Shown here piece after piece: positions 1 through 12,700 of a stretch of 64,000 bases of DNA (position 1 is its first letter; every line of letters starts with the position of its first letter). The notes beneath the pieces are model-generated. The model saw nothing but the letters and a program-made list of their open reading frames with translations. It did no database searches and was not told the origin of the DNA. This DNA comes from Nemertoderma westbladi (Eukaryota; Animalia; Xenacoelomorpha): positions 1 to 64,000 of the forward strand of contig JAUCBJ010006711.1 in the NCBI GenBank assembly GCA_032718475.1. Direction: 5' to 3'. The position numbers were made by a program, and so were the translations under genes.

Positions 1-719
1 ACCCTATCTGTGGCTGTCTGAGTGGAGAGATAAGTAGCCTATCTCCCTGTTAATATTGTTGTGTTCTAGAATATTTATTATAGTTTCATCGTATTGCCAA
101 AGTGACTATAGAGCAGAAGTTGACTCATAATACAATAATTCACCTCAAATATCTCAGCTATTTCATGAACATAATGAAGTATTAAAGCCATTTCAAAATC
201 ATTGGTGTTTTTCTGCAATAATTTATCAAAATATCCTCTGATTTTTTTCAAAAATCACATCAATTTTCATATTTATAACTTCTATCCCACTCCACGAGAT
301 AAAGAATCTTAAATGAAAGTCAAAAGAACAGGTAACACTTACATTTATAGAAGTAATCAGTTGTTATTTGCTACGTCTTTCCGCTGGAGATGGATGAATT
401 TTGATTGTGTCAGAACACCCCCTATCTGTGGCTGTCTGAGTTGAGAAATAAGTAGCCTATCTCCCTATTAATATTGTTGTGTTCTAGAATATTTATTCTA
501 GTTTCATCGTATTGCTAAAGTGGCTGGAGCTAAAGTTATTATGTAATTAATGCAATAATTCACCTCAAATATCTCAGCTATTTCATGAACATAATGAAGT
601 ATTAAAGCCATGTCAAAATCCTTGGTGTTTTTCTGCAATAATTTATCAAAATATCCTCTGATTTTTTACAAAAATCATATCGATTTTCATATTTATAACT
701 TCTATCCCACTCAACGAGA
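1..719. repeat. ~418-420 bp tandem satellite, left segment (~1.7 units)
   Basis: ATATCCTCTG at 231 and 651 gives a 420 bp period; same monomer as 6799-25744. Confidence 0.95.
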
Positions 720-3700
720 GAAAGCCGCCCCAATATTAGATTATTACAACAACATATCCATTGGGTAAGAAAGTGGAGGAGAGCCAGCCCGTCTCTTAAT
801 TTTTTACTTTATATTACGCGATCAATTTTCACTCATGAACCCAACATGTATGTAACCTTTTGTTAAATTTGTTGGCTATGCGTTTGCGGTTGTTTGGGCG
901 GAGTGTGGTAGGCCTACACTTTTCACACTTAAATATTTTGGTTGTGAAATGTTACAGGGCATAGCTATCTGAGATATTTCATTTATATTTTATTATGAGA
1001 GGAAGAAGAACATATAACGTTATTTACTATATATGTAACAAAATAATTGTTTTCGGGTTTAACTTGGAAGCCTCCCCAAATAGTTGATATACAATTATAT
1101 TTAAAATTATTTCCATGGTCATGGTCATTCACCCGTCTTTAGTTAGAAATTTGTTTGCATGGAAGACAGTTTAGTTTAGTTTTTACTGATTTATTATCTC
1201 TTATCTGACTGGGGTAATAATAAAGGATAGGATAAATGGAAGCAAAGTGTGACAGTAACAAATATTTCCCCGTCACCCTAGCATGTCTTAAGTATAGGAT
1301 ATATCAAAGGGGGAAGTTTGGATTCACTGCATAAATGCAGTTCACCAAACTTCCCCCGAATGCACACTGTAACTTCCCCCTTCCCACAAATATCCACTGT
1401 TTAATTAATTTGAAGCGATATAATAAGTACAAAATTGTGCGAGTTTTTAATTGTGTGGTCTAATTGTTATTTGATTTCTATTTATTATTTAAAGTGCATT
1501 TAATATCACACTGGATTTTAGAATATTATACTATACAACCTTGTGTTTTATTAATTTACCCAATCGAAGCCTCATAAGGGCCGGTTATTTGTACACATAT
1601 CCCTAATGCGCTCAGTAAGGTTCAAACAACATATTAATATGAAAATAAAGTATCTGCAAAGAAAAGAACCCAATACTATATAATTTGACCTTATTAAAAA
1701 ATTTGCACTTTTGCACACTTATTTGTACAAATGCACTTTAGCAGATCGTAATGGTGGCTCTTATTTAACAAACTTATGTTTATCCTCTACCGATCTACGA
1801 TGGTGTATGATCAAGTGTCAGTCGCTAAAAGTGTCAAATATCCAATTTAATAAATCTGGATTTGCGATTTTGGACCATATTCATGGACATTTTTAAGTCA
1901 CTTTATAGACATAAAAAGTTAAACAAATGTTACGATTATAGTTAGAAATCATTCCAAACTACATTTTAATCCAAAAATTAATATTCTACGATGAATAGAA
2001 CTGGAAATAACAGTGTTTGAAATATCGAAAAAATGTTCACTATTTAAGTGCATTTTGCACTAAGTGCACATAAGTCTTTTCCCAAGTTGTATCCTATTTC
2101 ACACACTACAATCTATCCTCTATCCAATGAAAAAAGTTTCAGATTAAACGGCCCTGTAGAACCGAAGTTATTTATGTTTAAAAATAGTCACTCGAAAATT
2201 TCAAATTCTCTTGGTCACATAGTCTAGTGGTTATCAATCACGTTAAAAGTTCGCGGGTTCGAAATCCAATATTGACCTGACCATTCTTAATTTTTTTGCA
2301 AAAAAAAAATTTTCTCACTTTATTCTCACTCATTTTTATTTTTTCACTAAAATCGCTCTAACTTCGGTTCTGGTGGTCCAAATTCAATAAAATTGGTATA
2401 TTCTTTGCCGTAATTTTTTTCTTAATCTTTTGAGAAGGGGTTATTTTTGGCCCTAAAAAATTTTAAAAAAAGGGCCAAAATAACGCGATATTTTTCGACC
2501 CTTACAATTCGTAATTTTAATTATATATGTTAAGATAAAAGATAGCGGAGTTAATTTGATACTTTTTACAGGTACTTTTGGCGCAATACGCTGAATTATA
2601 ATGGAATAGCGATTTGTTAAAAAAAAAATTTTTCGTCCCTTTTTATAAATATTATATTTCACACGATCGTCTGCCGCTCCAGTTTTATAATACCTCCGGC
2701 GCTGTGATTAACGCTGTTAGATTGATAATTTAACGCACTATAAATCTGTGTAAACAAATCTCCCGTAAGTTAAGTAGTTTTCGAGCTAGACGATTTCCCG
2801 CAAAGCAAGTTTGAAGCGCGAAATTATAATTTTGGCCCTCATTTTTTTAATATCATCCTTGGAGCAAAACCGACAGCATATTTGAATTCCCCGTATGGAT
2901 ATTGACTCTATAGAATGTACCTTAACCAACTAAAGTTAAAAATAAAAAATTATTCGATAAAAACTACTTTACAAATTCTGGCCCTTTTTGGCCCCTATTG
3001 CCGACATATTTTTTGTACCCCCATTCGATAGGAACGTAACCCCAATGGTCTTCTACGAGTTTCATAAAATAATTAGTGGATTCCTACCCGCGTTGTCGAA
3101 TTAAACATTTCGGAAATAAGTTTTCCAAAAAAGACGGACAAAAACGTACAAATTTACAGCCCCTTTTTCCACCCGAAATTTTAATAAATATCCTACCCCC
3201 ATTCGATACGAAGGTAGTACCACTCTTCCCCTTTCCAACCGCGTTACTTTCGTCCCCGTACGATTAATATTAGCCGAGTTATAGCGGATCCCGCAAAGTC
3301 ATTTTGTCCGTTTTTTCAACTTTGACGGACATTTTCGGAAAAAAAGCGTGGTAATCTTTTTTGAAAAAAAAAACGAATTCACTAATTAATCCCTTCTATC
3401 GTATCCCGGCGTCGGCTAAGCAATAACCTAGGGTTTTTTCGAGCCACTGTAGAGCGCCTTTCAAAAAAATTTTAAAATTGTCGAAAAAATGACAGATTTT
3501 TGTCCGCCGTGTCCGTCGAAGGGTTAGATTTAATAATGTTTGAGTTGCTAATATCTTAGAATTCCGAGCCGCTCCCCTGGTGAGAAAATAAAAAAATTTG
3601 GTCTGTTCCTTCATCGAAAAGTCCCCCAGAATCCCAAGTTAACCTATATAGTTAGCGATGGCCTGCGGCTTTAGGAGCGGCCGCGGTATTCACCTCCCTC

Positions 3701-3753
3701 ATAGCGGCCGCGGCGGTGTTGCGTCAAATGGAGATATATTTATCCCACCGAGA
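720..3753. mobile_element. ~3.03 kb non-coding inserted element, copy 1 (unclassified; no TIR or ORF)
   Basis: Interrupts the satellite at ...CAACGAGA|TAAAG; starts GAAAGCCGCCCC, ends TATCCCACCGAGA; near-identical to 3754-6798. Confidence 0.75.
2213..2277 (+). pseudogene. tRNA-like sequence (Pol III A/B boxes) in 3-kb element copy 1
   Basis: TAGTCTAGTGG A-box, GGTTCGAAATCC B-box, GGTCA/TGACC termini, downstream T run; anticodon arm shorter than in copy 2. Confidence 0.55.
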
Positions 3754-6700
3754 GAAAGCCGCCCCAATATTAGATTATAACAACAACATATCCATTGGGT
3801 AAGAAAGTGGAGAAGAGCCAGCCCGTCTCTTAATTTTTTACTTTATATTACTCGATCAATTTTCACTCATCTCGTCATGAACCCAACATGTATGTAACCT
3901 TTTGATAAATTTGTTGGCTATGCGTTTGCGGCTGTTTGGGCGGGGTGTGGTAGGCCTACACTTTTCACACTGAAACATTTTGGTTATGAAATGTTCAGGG
4001 CACAGTGATCAGAGATATTTCATTTATATTTTATTATGAGAGGAAGAAGAACATACAACGTTATTTACTATATTATATGTAACGAAATAATTGTTTTCGG
4101 GTTTGGAAGCCTCCCCAAATAGTTGATATACGATTATATTTAAAATTATTTCGATGGTCATGGTCATTCACTCGTCTTTAATTAGAAATTTGTTTGCATG
4201 AAAGACAGTTTAGTTTAGTTTTTAATGATTTATTATCTCTTATCTGACTGGGGTAATAATAAAGGATAGGATAAATGGATGCAAAGTGTGACAGTAACAA
4301 TTATTTCCCCGACAACCTAGCATGTCTTAAGTATAGGATATCTCAAAGGGGGAGTTTGGATTCACTGCATAAATGCAGTTCACCAAACTTCCCCCGAATG
4401 CACACTGTAACTTCCCCCTTCCCCCAAATATTCACTGTTGAATTAATTTGAAGCGATATAATAAGTACAAAATTGTGCGAATTTTTTATTGTGTGGTCCA
4501 TTTGTTATTTGATCTCTATTTATTATTTAAAGTGCATTTAAAAAATATTACACTGGTTTTTAGAATATTATACTATACAACCTTATGTTTTATTAATTTA
4601 CCCAATCGAAGCCTCATAAGGGCCGGTTATTTTTGTACGCATATCCCCTAATGCGCAGTAAGGTTCAAACAACATATTAATATGAAAATAAAGTATCTGC
4701 AAAGAAAAGAACCCAATACTATATAATTTGACCTTATTAAAAAATTTGCACTTTTGCACACTTATTTGTACAAGTGCACTTTAGCAGATCGTAATGGTGG
4801 CTCTTATTTAACAAACTTATGTTTATCCTCTACCGATCTATGATGGTGTATGATCAAGTGTCAGTCGCTAAAAGTGTCAAAAATCCAATTTAATAAATCT
4901 GGATTTGCGATTTTGGACCATATTCATGGACATTTTAAGTCACTTTATAGACATAAAAAGTTAAACAAATGTTACGATTATAGTTAGAAATCATTCCAAA
5001 CTACATTTTAATCCAAAAAATAACATTCTACGATGAATAGAACTGGAAATAATAGTGTTTGAACTATCGAAAAAATGTTCACTATTTAAGTGCATTTTGC
5101 ACTTAGTGCACATAAGTCTTTTCCCAAGTTTTATCCTATTTACATTCTACATCTACATCCTATCCTACACACTACAATCTATCCTCTTTCCATTGAAAAA
5201 AGTTTCAGATTAAACGGCCCTGTAGAACCGAAGTTATTTATGTTTAAAAATAGTCACTCGAAAATTTCAAATTCTCTTGGTCACATAGTCTAGTGGTTAT
5301 CAATCACGTTAATGAAACCTAAGTTCGCGGGTTCGAAATCCAATATTGACCATTCTTATTTTTTTGCAAAAAAAAATTATTTTTATTTTTTCACTAAAAT
5401 CGCTCTAACTTCGGTTCTGGTGGTCCAAATTCAATAAAATTGGTATATTCTTTGCCGTAATTTTTTTCTTAATCTTTTGAGAAGGGGTTATTTTTGGCCC
5501 CAAAAAAATTAAAAAAAAGGGCCAAAATAACGCGATATTTTTCGACCCTTAAAATTCGTAATTTTAATTATATATGTTAAGATAAAAGATAGCGGAGTTA
5601 ATTTGATACTTTTTACAGGTACTTTTGGCGCAATACGCTAAATTATAATGGAATAGCGATTTGTTAAAAAAAATTTTCGTCCCTTTTTATAAATATTATA
5701 TTTCACACGATCGCCTGCCGCTCCAGTTTTATAATACCTCCGGCGCTGTGATTAACGCTGTTAGATAGATAATTTAACGCACTATAAGTCTGTGTAAACA
5801 AATCTCCCGTAAGTTAAGTAGTTTTCGAGCTAGACGATTTCCCGCGAAGCAAGTTTGAAGCGCGAAATTATAATTTTGGCCCTCATTTTTTTTAATATCA
5901 TCCTTGGAGCAAAACCGATAGCATATTTGAATTCCCCGTATGGATATTGACTGTATAGAATGTACCTTAACCAACTAAAGTTAAAAATAAAAAATTATTC
6001 GATAAAAACTACTTTACAAATTCTGGCCCTTTTTGGCCCCTATTGCCGACATATTTTTTGTACCCCCATTCGATAGGAACGTAGCCCCAATGGTCTTCTA
6101 CGAGTTTCATAAAAGAATTAGTGGATTCCTACCCGCGTTGTCGAATTAAACATTTCGGAAATAAGTTTTCCAAAAAAGACGGACAAAAACGTACAAATTT
6201 ACAGCCCCTTTTTCCACCCGAAATTTTAATAAATATCTTACCCCCATTCGATACGAAGGTAGTACCACTCTTCCCCTTTCCAACCGCGTTACTTTCGTCC
6301 CCGTACGATTAATATTAGCCGAGTTATAGCGGATCCCGCAAAGTCATTTTGTCCGTTTTTTCAACTTTGACGGACATTTTCGGAAAAAAGGCGTGGTAAT
6401 CTTTTTTGAAAAAAAAAACGAATTCACTAATTAATCCCTTCTATCGTATCCCGGCGTCGGCTAAGCAATAACCTAGGGTTTTTTCGAGCCACTGTAGAGC
6501 GCCTTTCAAAAAAATTTTAAAATTGTCGAAAAAATGACGGATTTTTGTCCGCCGTGTCCGTCGAAGGGTTCGATTTAATAATGTTAGAGTTGCTAATATC
6601 TTAGAATTCCGAGCCGCTCCCCTGGTGAGAAAATAAAAAAATTTGGTCTGTTCCTTCATCGAAAAGTCCCCCAGAATCCCAAGTTTACCTATATAGTTAG

Positions 6701-6798
6701 CAATGGCCTGCGGCTTTAGGAGCGGCCGCGGTATTCACCTCCCTCATAGCGACCGCGGCGGTGTTGCGTCAAATGGAGAAATATTTATCCCACCGAGA
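3754..6798. mobile_element. ~3.05 kb non-coding inserted element, copy 2 (head-to-tail)
   Basis: Direct repeat of 720-3753 with scattered SNPs and indels; satellite resumes in register at 6799 (TAAAGTATCTT). Confidence 0.75.
5279..5352 (+). pseudogene. tRNA-like sequence in 3-kb element copy 2
   Basis: GGTCACATAGTCTAGTGGTTA...GGGTTCGAAATCC...TGACCA, 74 nt, followed by a T run. Confidence 0.6.
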
Positions 6799-9700
6799 TA
6801 AAGTATCTTAAATGAAAGTCAAAAGAACAGGTAACACTTACATTTATAGAAGTAATCAGCTGTTATTTGCTACGTCTTTCCGCTGGAGATGGATTAATTT
6901 TGATTGCGTTGGAATCTCTAGAATATCTATCTGTGGCTTTCTGAGTGGAGAGATAAGTATCATATCTCCCTATTAATATTGTTGTGTTCTAGAATATTTT
7001 TTATAGTTTCATCGTATTGCCAAAGTGACTAGAGCTGAAGTTAACTCATAATACAATAATTCACCTCAAATGTCTCAGCTATTTCATGAACATAATGAAG
7101 TATTAAAGCCATGTCAAAATCATTGGTGTTTTTCTGCAATAATTTATCAAAATATCCTCTGATTTTTTTCAAAAACCACATCGATTTTCTTATTTATAAC
7201 TTCTATCCCACTCCACGAGATAGAGAATCTTAAATGAACGTCAAAAGAACAGGTAACACTTACATTTATAGCAGTAATCAGCTGTTATTTGCTACGTCTT
7301 TCCGCTGGAGATGGATGAATTTTGATTGCGTTGGAACACCCCCTATCTGTGGCTGTCTGAGTGGAGAGATAAGTATAATATCTCCCTGTTAATATTGTTG
7401 TGTTCTAGAATATTTATTATAGTTTCATCATATTGCCAAAGTGACTAGAGCTGAAGTTGACTCATAATACAATAATTCACCTCAAATATCTCAGCTATTT
7501 CATGAACATAATGAAGTATTAAATCCATGTCAAATTCCTTGGTATTTTTCTGCAATAATTTATCAAAATATCCTCTGATTTTTTTCAAAAACCATATCAA
7601 TTTTCATATTTATAACTTCTATCCCACTCGACGAGATAAAGAATCTTAAATGAAAGTCAAAAGAACAGGTAACACTTACATTTATAGAAGTAATCAGCTG
7701 TTATTTGCTACGTCTTTCCGCTGGAGATGGATGAATTTTGATTGTGTCAGAACACCCCCTATCTGTGGCTGTCTGAGTTGAGAAATAAGTAGCCTATCTC
7801 CCTATTAATATCGTTGTGTTCTAGAATATTTATTATAGTTTCATCGTATTGCTAAAGTGGCGGGAGCTAAAGTTATTATGTAATTAATGCAATAATTCAC
7901 CTCAAATATCTCAGCTATTTCATGAACATAATGAAGTATTAAAGCCATGTCAAAATCCTTGGTGTTTTTCTGCAATAATTTATCAAAATATCCTCTGATT
8001 TTTTACAAAAATCATATCGATTTTCATATTTATAACTTCTATCCCACTCAACGAGATAAAGTATCTTAAATGAAAGTCAAAAGAACAGGTAACACTTACA
8101 TTTATAGAAGTAATCAGCTGTTATTTGCTACGTCTTTCCGCTGGAGATGGATGAATTTTGATTGCGTTGGAACACCCCCTATCTGTGGCTGTCTGAGTGG
8201 AGAGATAAGTAGCCTATCTCCCTGTTAATATGTGTGTGTTCTAGAATATTTATTATAATTTCATCGTATTGCCAAAGTGACTATAGAGCTGAAGTTGACT
8301 CATAATACAATAATTCACCTCAAATATCTCAGCTATTTCATGAACATAATGAAGTATTAAATCCATGTCAAATTCCTTGGTATTTTTCTGCAATAATTTA
8401 TCAAAATATCCTCTGATTTTTTTAAAAAACCATATCAATTTTCATACTTATAACTTCTATCCCACTCAACGACATAAAGTATCTTAAATGAAAGTCAAAA
8501 GAACAGGTAACACTTACATTTATAGAAGTAATCAGCTGTTATTTGCTACGTCTTTCCGCTGGAGATGGATGAATTTTGATTGCGTTGGAACACCCCCTAT
8601 CTGTGGCTTTCTGAGTGGAGAGATAAGTATCCTATCTCCCTATTAATATTGTTGTGTTCTAGAATATTTTTTATAGTTTCATCGTATTGCCAAAGTGACT
8701 AGAGCTCAAGTTGTCTCATAATACAATAATTCACCTCAAATATCTCGGCTATTTCATGAACATAATGAAGTATTAAATCCATGTCAAAATCCTTGGTATT
8801 TTTCTGCAATAATTTATCAAAATATCCTCTGATTTTTTTCAAAAACCATATCAATTTTCATACTTATAACTTCTATCCCACTCAACGACATAAAGTATCT
8901 TAAATGAACGTCAAAAGAACAGGTAACACTTACATTTATAGAAGTAATCAGCTTTTATTTGCTACGTCTTTCCGCTGGAGATGGATGAATTTTGATTGCG
9001 TTGGAACACCCCCTATCTGTGGCTTTCTGAGTGGAGAGATAAGTATCCTATCTCCCTATTAATATTGTTGTGTTCTAGAATATTTTTTATAGTTTCATCG
9101 TATTGCCCAAGTGACTAGAGCTGAAGTTAACTCATAATACAATAATTCACCTCAAATATCTCAGCTATTTCATGAACATAATAAAGTATTAAAGCCATGT
9201 CAAAATCATTGATGTTTTTCTGCAATAATTTATCAAAATATCCTCTTATTTTTTTCAAAAACCACTTCGATTTTCTTATTTATAACTTCTATCCCTCTCC
9301 ACGAGATAGAGAATCTTAAATGAACGTCAAAAGAACAGGTAACACTTACATTTATAGCAGTAATCAGCTGTTATTTGCTACGTCTTTCCGCTGGAGATGG
9401 ATGAATTTTGATTGCGTTGGAACACCCCCTATCTGTGGCTGTCTGAGAGGAGAGATAAGTAGCCTATCTCCCTGTTAATATTGTTATGTTCTAGAATATT
9501 TATTATAGTTTCATCGTATTGCCAAAGTGACTAGAGCTGAAGTTGACTCATAATACAATAATTCACCTCAAATATCTCAGCTATTTCATGAACATAATGA
9601 AGTATTAAATCCATGTCAAATTCCTTGGTATTTTTCTGCAATAATTTATCAAAATATCCTCTGATTTTTTTCAAAAACCATATCAATTTTCATATTTATA

Positions 9701-12700
9701 ACTTCTATCCCACTCCACGAGATAAAGAATCTTAAATGAAAGTCAAAAGAACAGGTAACACTTACATTTATAGAAGTAATCAGCTGTTATTTGCTACGTC
9801 TTTCCGCTGGAGATGGATGAATTTTGATTGTGTCAGAACACCCCCTATCTGTGGCTGTCTGAGTTGAGAAATAAGTATCCTATCTCCCTATTAATATTGT
9901 TGTGTTCTAGAATATTTATTATAGTTTCATCGTATTGCTAAAGTGGCTGGAGCTAAAGTTATTATGTAATTAATGCAATAATTCACCTCAAATATCTCAG
10001 CTATTTCATGAACATAATGAAGTATTAAAGCCATGTCAAAATCCTTGGTGTTTTTCTGCAATAATTTATCCAAATATCCTCTGATTTTTTTCAAAAACCA
10101 TATCGATTTTCTTATTTATAATTTCTATCCCACTCCACGAGATAGAGAATCTTAAATGAACGTCAATAGAACAGGTAACACTTACATTTATAGCAGTAAT
10201 CAGCTGTTATTTGCTACGTCTTTCCGCTGGAGATGGATGAATTTTGATTGCGTTGGAACACCCCCTATCTGTGGCTGTCTGAGTGGAGAGATAAGTAGCC
10301 TATCTCCCTGTTAATATTGTTGTGTTCTAGAATATTTATTATAGTTTCATCGTATTGCCAAAGTGACTAAAGAGCTGAAGTTGACTTATAATACAATAAT
10401 TCACCTCAAATATCTCAGCTATTTCATGAACATAATGAAGTATTAAATCCATGTCAAATTCCTTGGTATTTTTCTGCAATAATTTATCAAAATATCCTCT
10501 GAATTTTTTCAAAAACCATATCAATTTTCATACTTATAACTTCTATCCCACTCAACGAGATAAAGTATCTTAAATGAAAGTCAAAAGAACAGGTAACACT
10601 TACATTTATAGAAGTAATCAGCTGTTATTTGCTACGTCTTTCCGCTGGAGATGGATGAATTTTGATTGCGTTGGAACACCCCCTATCTGTGGCTTTCTGA
10701 GTGGAGAGATAAGTATCCTATCTCCCTATTAATATTGTTGTGTTCTAGAATATTTTTTATAGTTTCATCGTATTTCCAAAGTGACTAGAGCTGAAGTTGT
10801 CTCATAATACAATAATTCACCTCAAATATCTCAGCTATTTCATGAACATAATGAAGTATTAAATCCATGTCAAAATCCTTGGTATTTTTCTGCAATAATT
10901 TATCCAAATATCCTCTGATTTTTTTCAAAAACCATATCAATTTTCATATTTATAACTTCTATCCCACTCCACGAGATAGAGAATCTTAAATGAACGTCAA
11001 AAGAACAGGTAACACTTACATTTATAGAAGTAATCAGCTGTTATTTGCTACGTCTTTCCGCTGGAGATGGATGAATTTTGATTGCGTTGGAACACCCCCT
11101 ATCTGTGGCTTTCTGAGTGGAGAGATAAGTATCCTATCTCCCTATTAATATTGTTGTGTTCTAGAATATTTTTTATAGTTTCATCGTATTGCCGAAGTGA
11201 CTAGAGCTGAAGTTAACTCATAATATTTATCAAAATATCCTCTGATTTTTTTTTCAAAAACCATATCAATTTTCATACTTATAACTTCTATCCCACTCAA
11301 CGAGATAAAGTATCTTAAATGAAAGTCAAAAAAACAGGTAACACTTACATTTATAGAAGTAATCAGCTGTTATTTGCTACGTCTTTCCGCTGGAGATGGA
11401 TGAGTTTTGATTGCGTTGGAACACCCCCTATCTGTGGCTTTCTGAGTGGAGAGATAAGTATCCTATCTCCCTATTAATATTGTTGTGTTCTAGAATATTT
11501 TTTATAGTTTCATCGTATTGCCAAAGTGACTAGAGCTCAAGTTGTCTCATAATACAATAATTCACCTCAAATATCTCAGCTATTTCATGAACATAATGAA
11601 GTATTAAATCCATGTCAAAATCCTTGGTATTTTTCTGCAATAATTTATCAAAATATCCTCAGATTTTTTTCAAAAACCATATCAATTTTCATACTTATAA
11701 CTTCTATCCCACTCAACGACATAAAGTATCTTAAATGAACGTCAAAAGAACAGGTAACACTTACATTTATAGAAGTAATCAGTTGTTATTTGCTACGTCT
11801 TTCCGCTGGAGATGGATGAATTTTGATTGCATTGGAACACCCCCTATCTGTGGCTTTCTGAGTGGAGAGATAAGTATCCTATCTCCCTATTAATATTGTT
11901 GTGTTCTAGAATATTTTTTATAGTTTCATCGTATTGCCAAAGTGACTAGAGCTGAAGTTAACTCATAATACAATAATTCACCTCAAATATCTCAGCTATT
12001 TCATGAACATAATGAAGTATTAAAGCCATGTCAAAATCATTGGTGTTTTTCTGCAATAATTTATCAAAATATCCTCTGATTTTTTTCAAAAACCACATCG
12101 ATTTTCTTATTTATAACTTCTATCCCACTCCACGAGATAGATAATCTTAAATGAACGTCAAAAGAACAGGTAACACTTACATTTATAGCAGTAATCAGCT
12201 GTTATTTGCTACGTCTTTCCGCTGGAGATGGATGAATTTTGATTGCGTTGGAACACCCCCTATCTGTGGCTGTCTGAGTGGAGAGATAAGTAGCCTATCT
12301 CCCTGTTAATATTGTTGTGTTCTAGAATATTTATTATAGTTTCATCATATTGCCAAAGTGACTAGAGCTGAAGTTGACTCATAATACAATAATTCACCTC
12401 AAATATCTCAGCTATTTCATGAACATAATGAAGTATTAAATCCATGTCAAATTCCTTGGTGTTTTTCTGCAATAATTTATCAAAATATCCTCTGATTTTT
12501 TTCAAAAACCATATCAATTTTCATATTTATAACTTCTATCCCACACAACGAGATAAAGTATCTTAAATGAAAGTCAAAAGAACAGGTAACACTTACATTT
12601 ATAGAAGTAATCAGCTGTTATTTGCTACGTCTTTCCGTTGGAGATGGATGAATTTTGATTGTGTCAGAACACCCCCTATCTGTGGCTGTCTGAGTTGAGA

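Noticed and set aside
1711-6659. Short ORFs in the 3-kb element
   Set aside because: All are under 75 aa with no transposase or recombinase motifs; several are broken in the other copy
720-6798. Helitron assignment for the 3-kb element
   Set aside because: The minus strand can start with TC, but I found no CTRR end with a subterminal hairpin and no A|T target; CGAGA is repeated at the junctions
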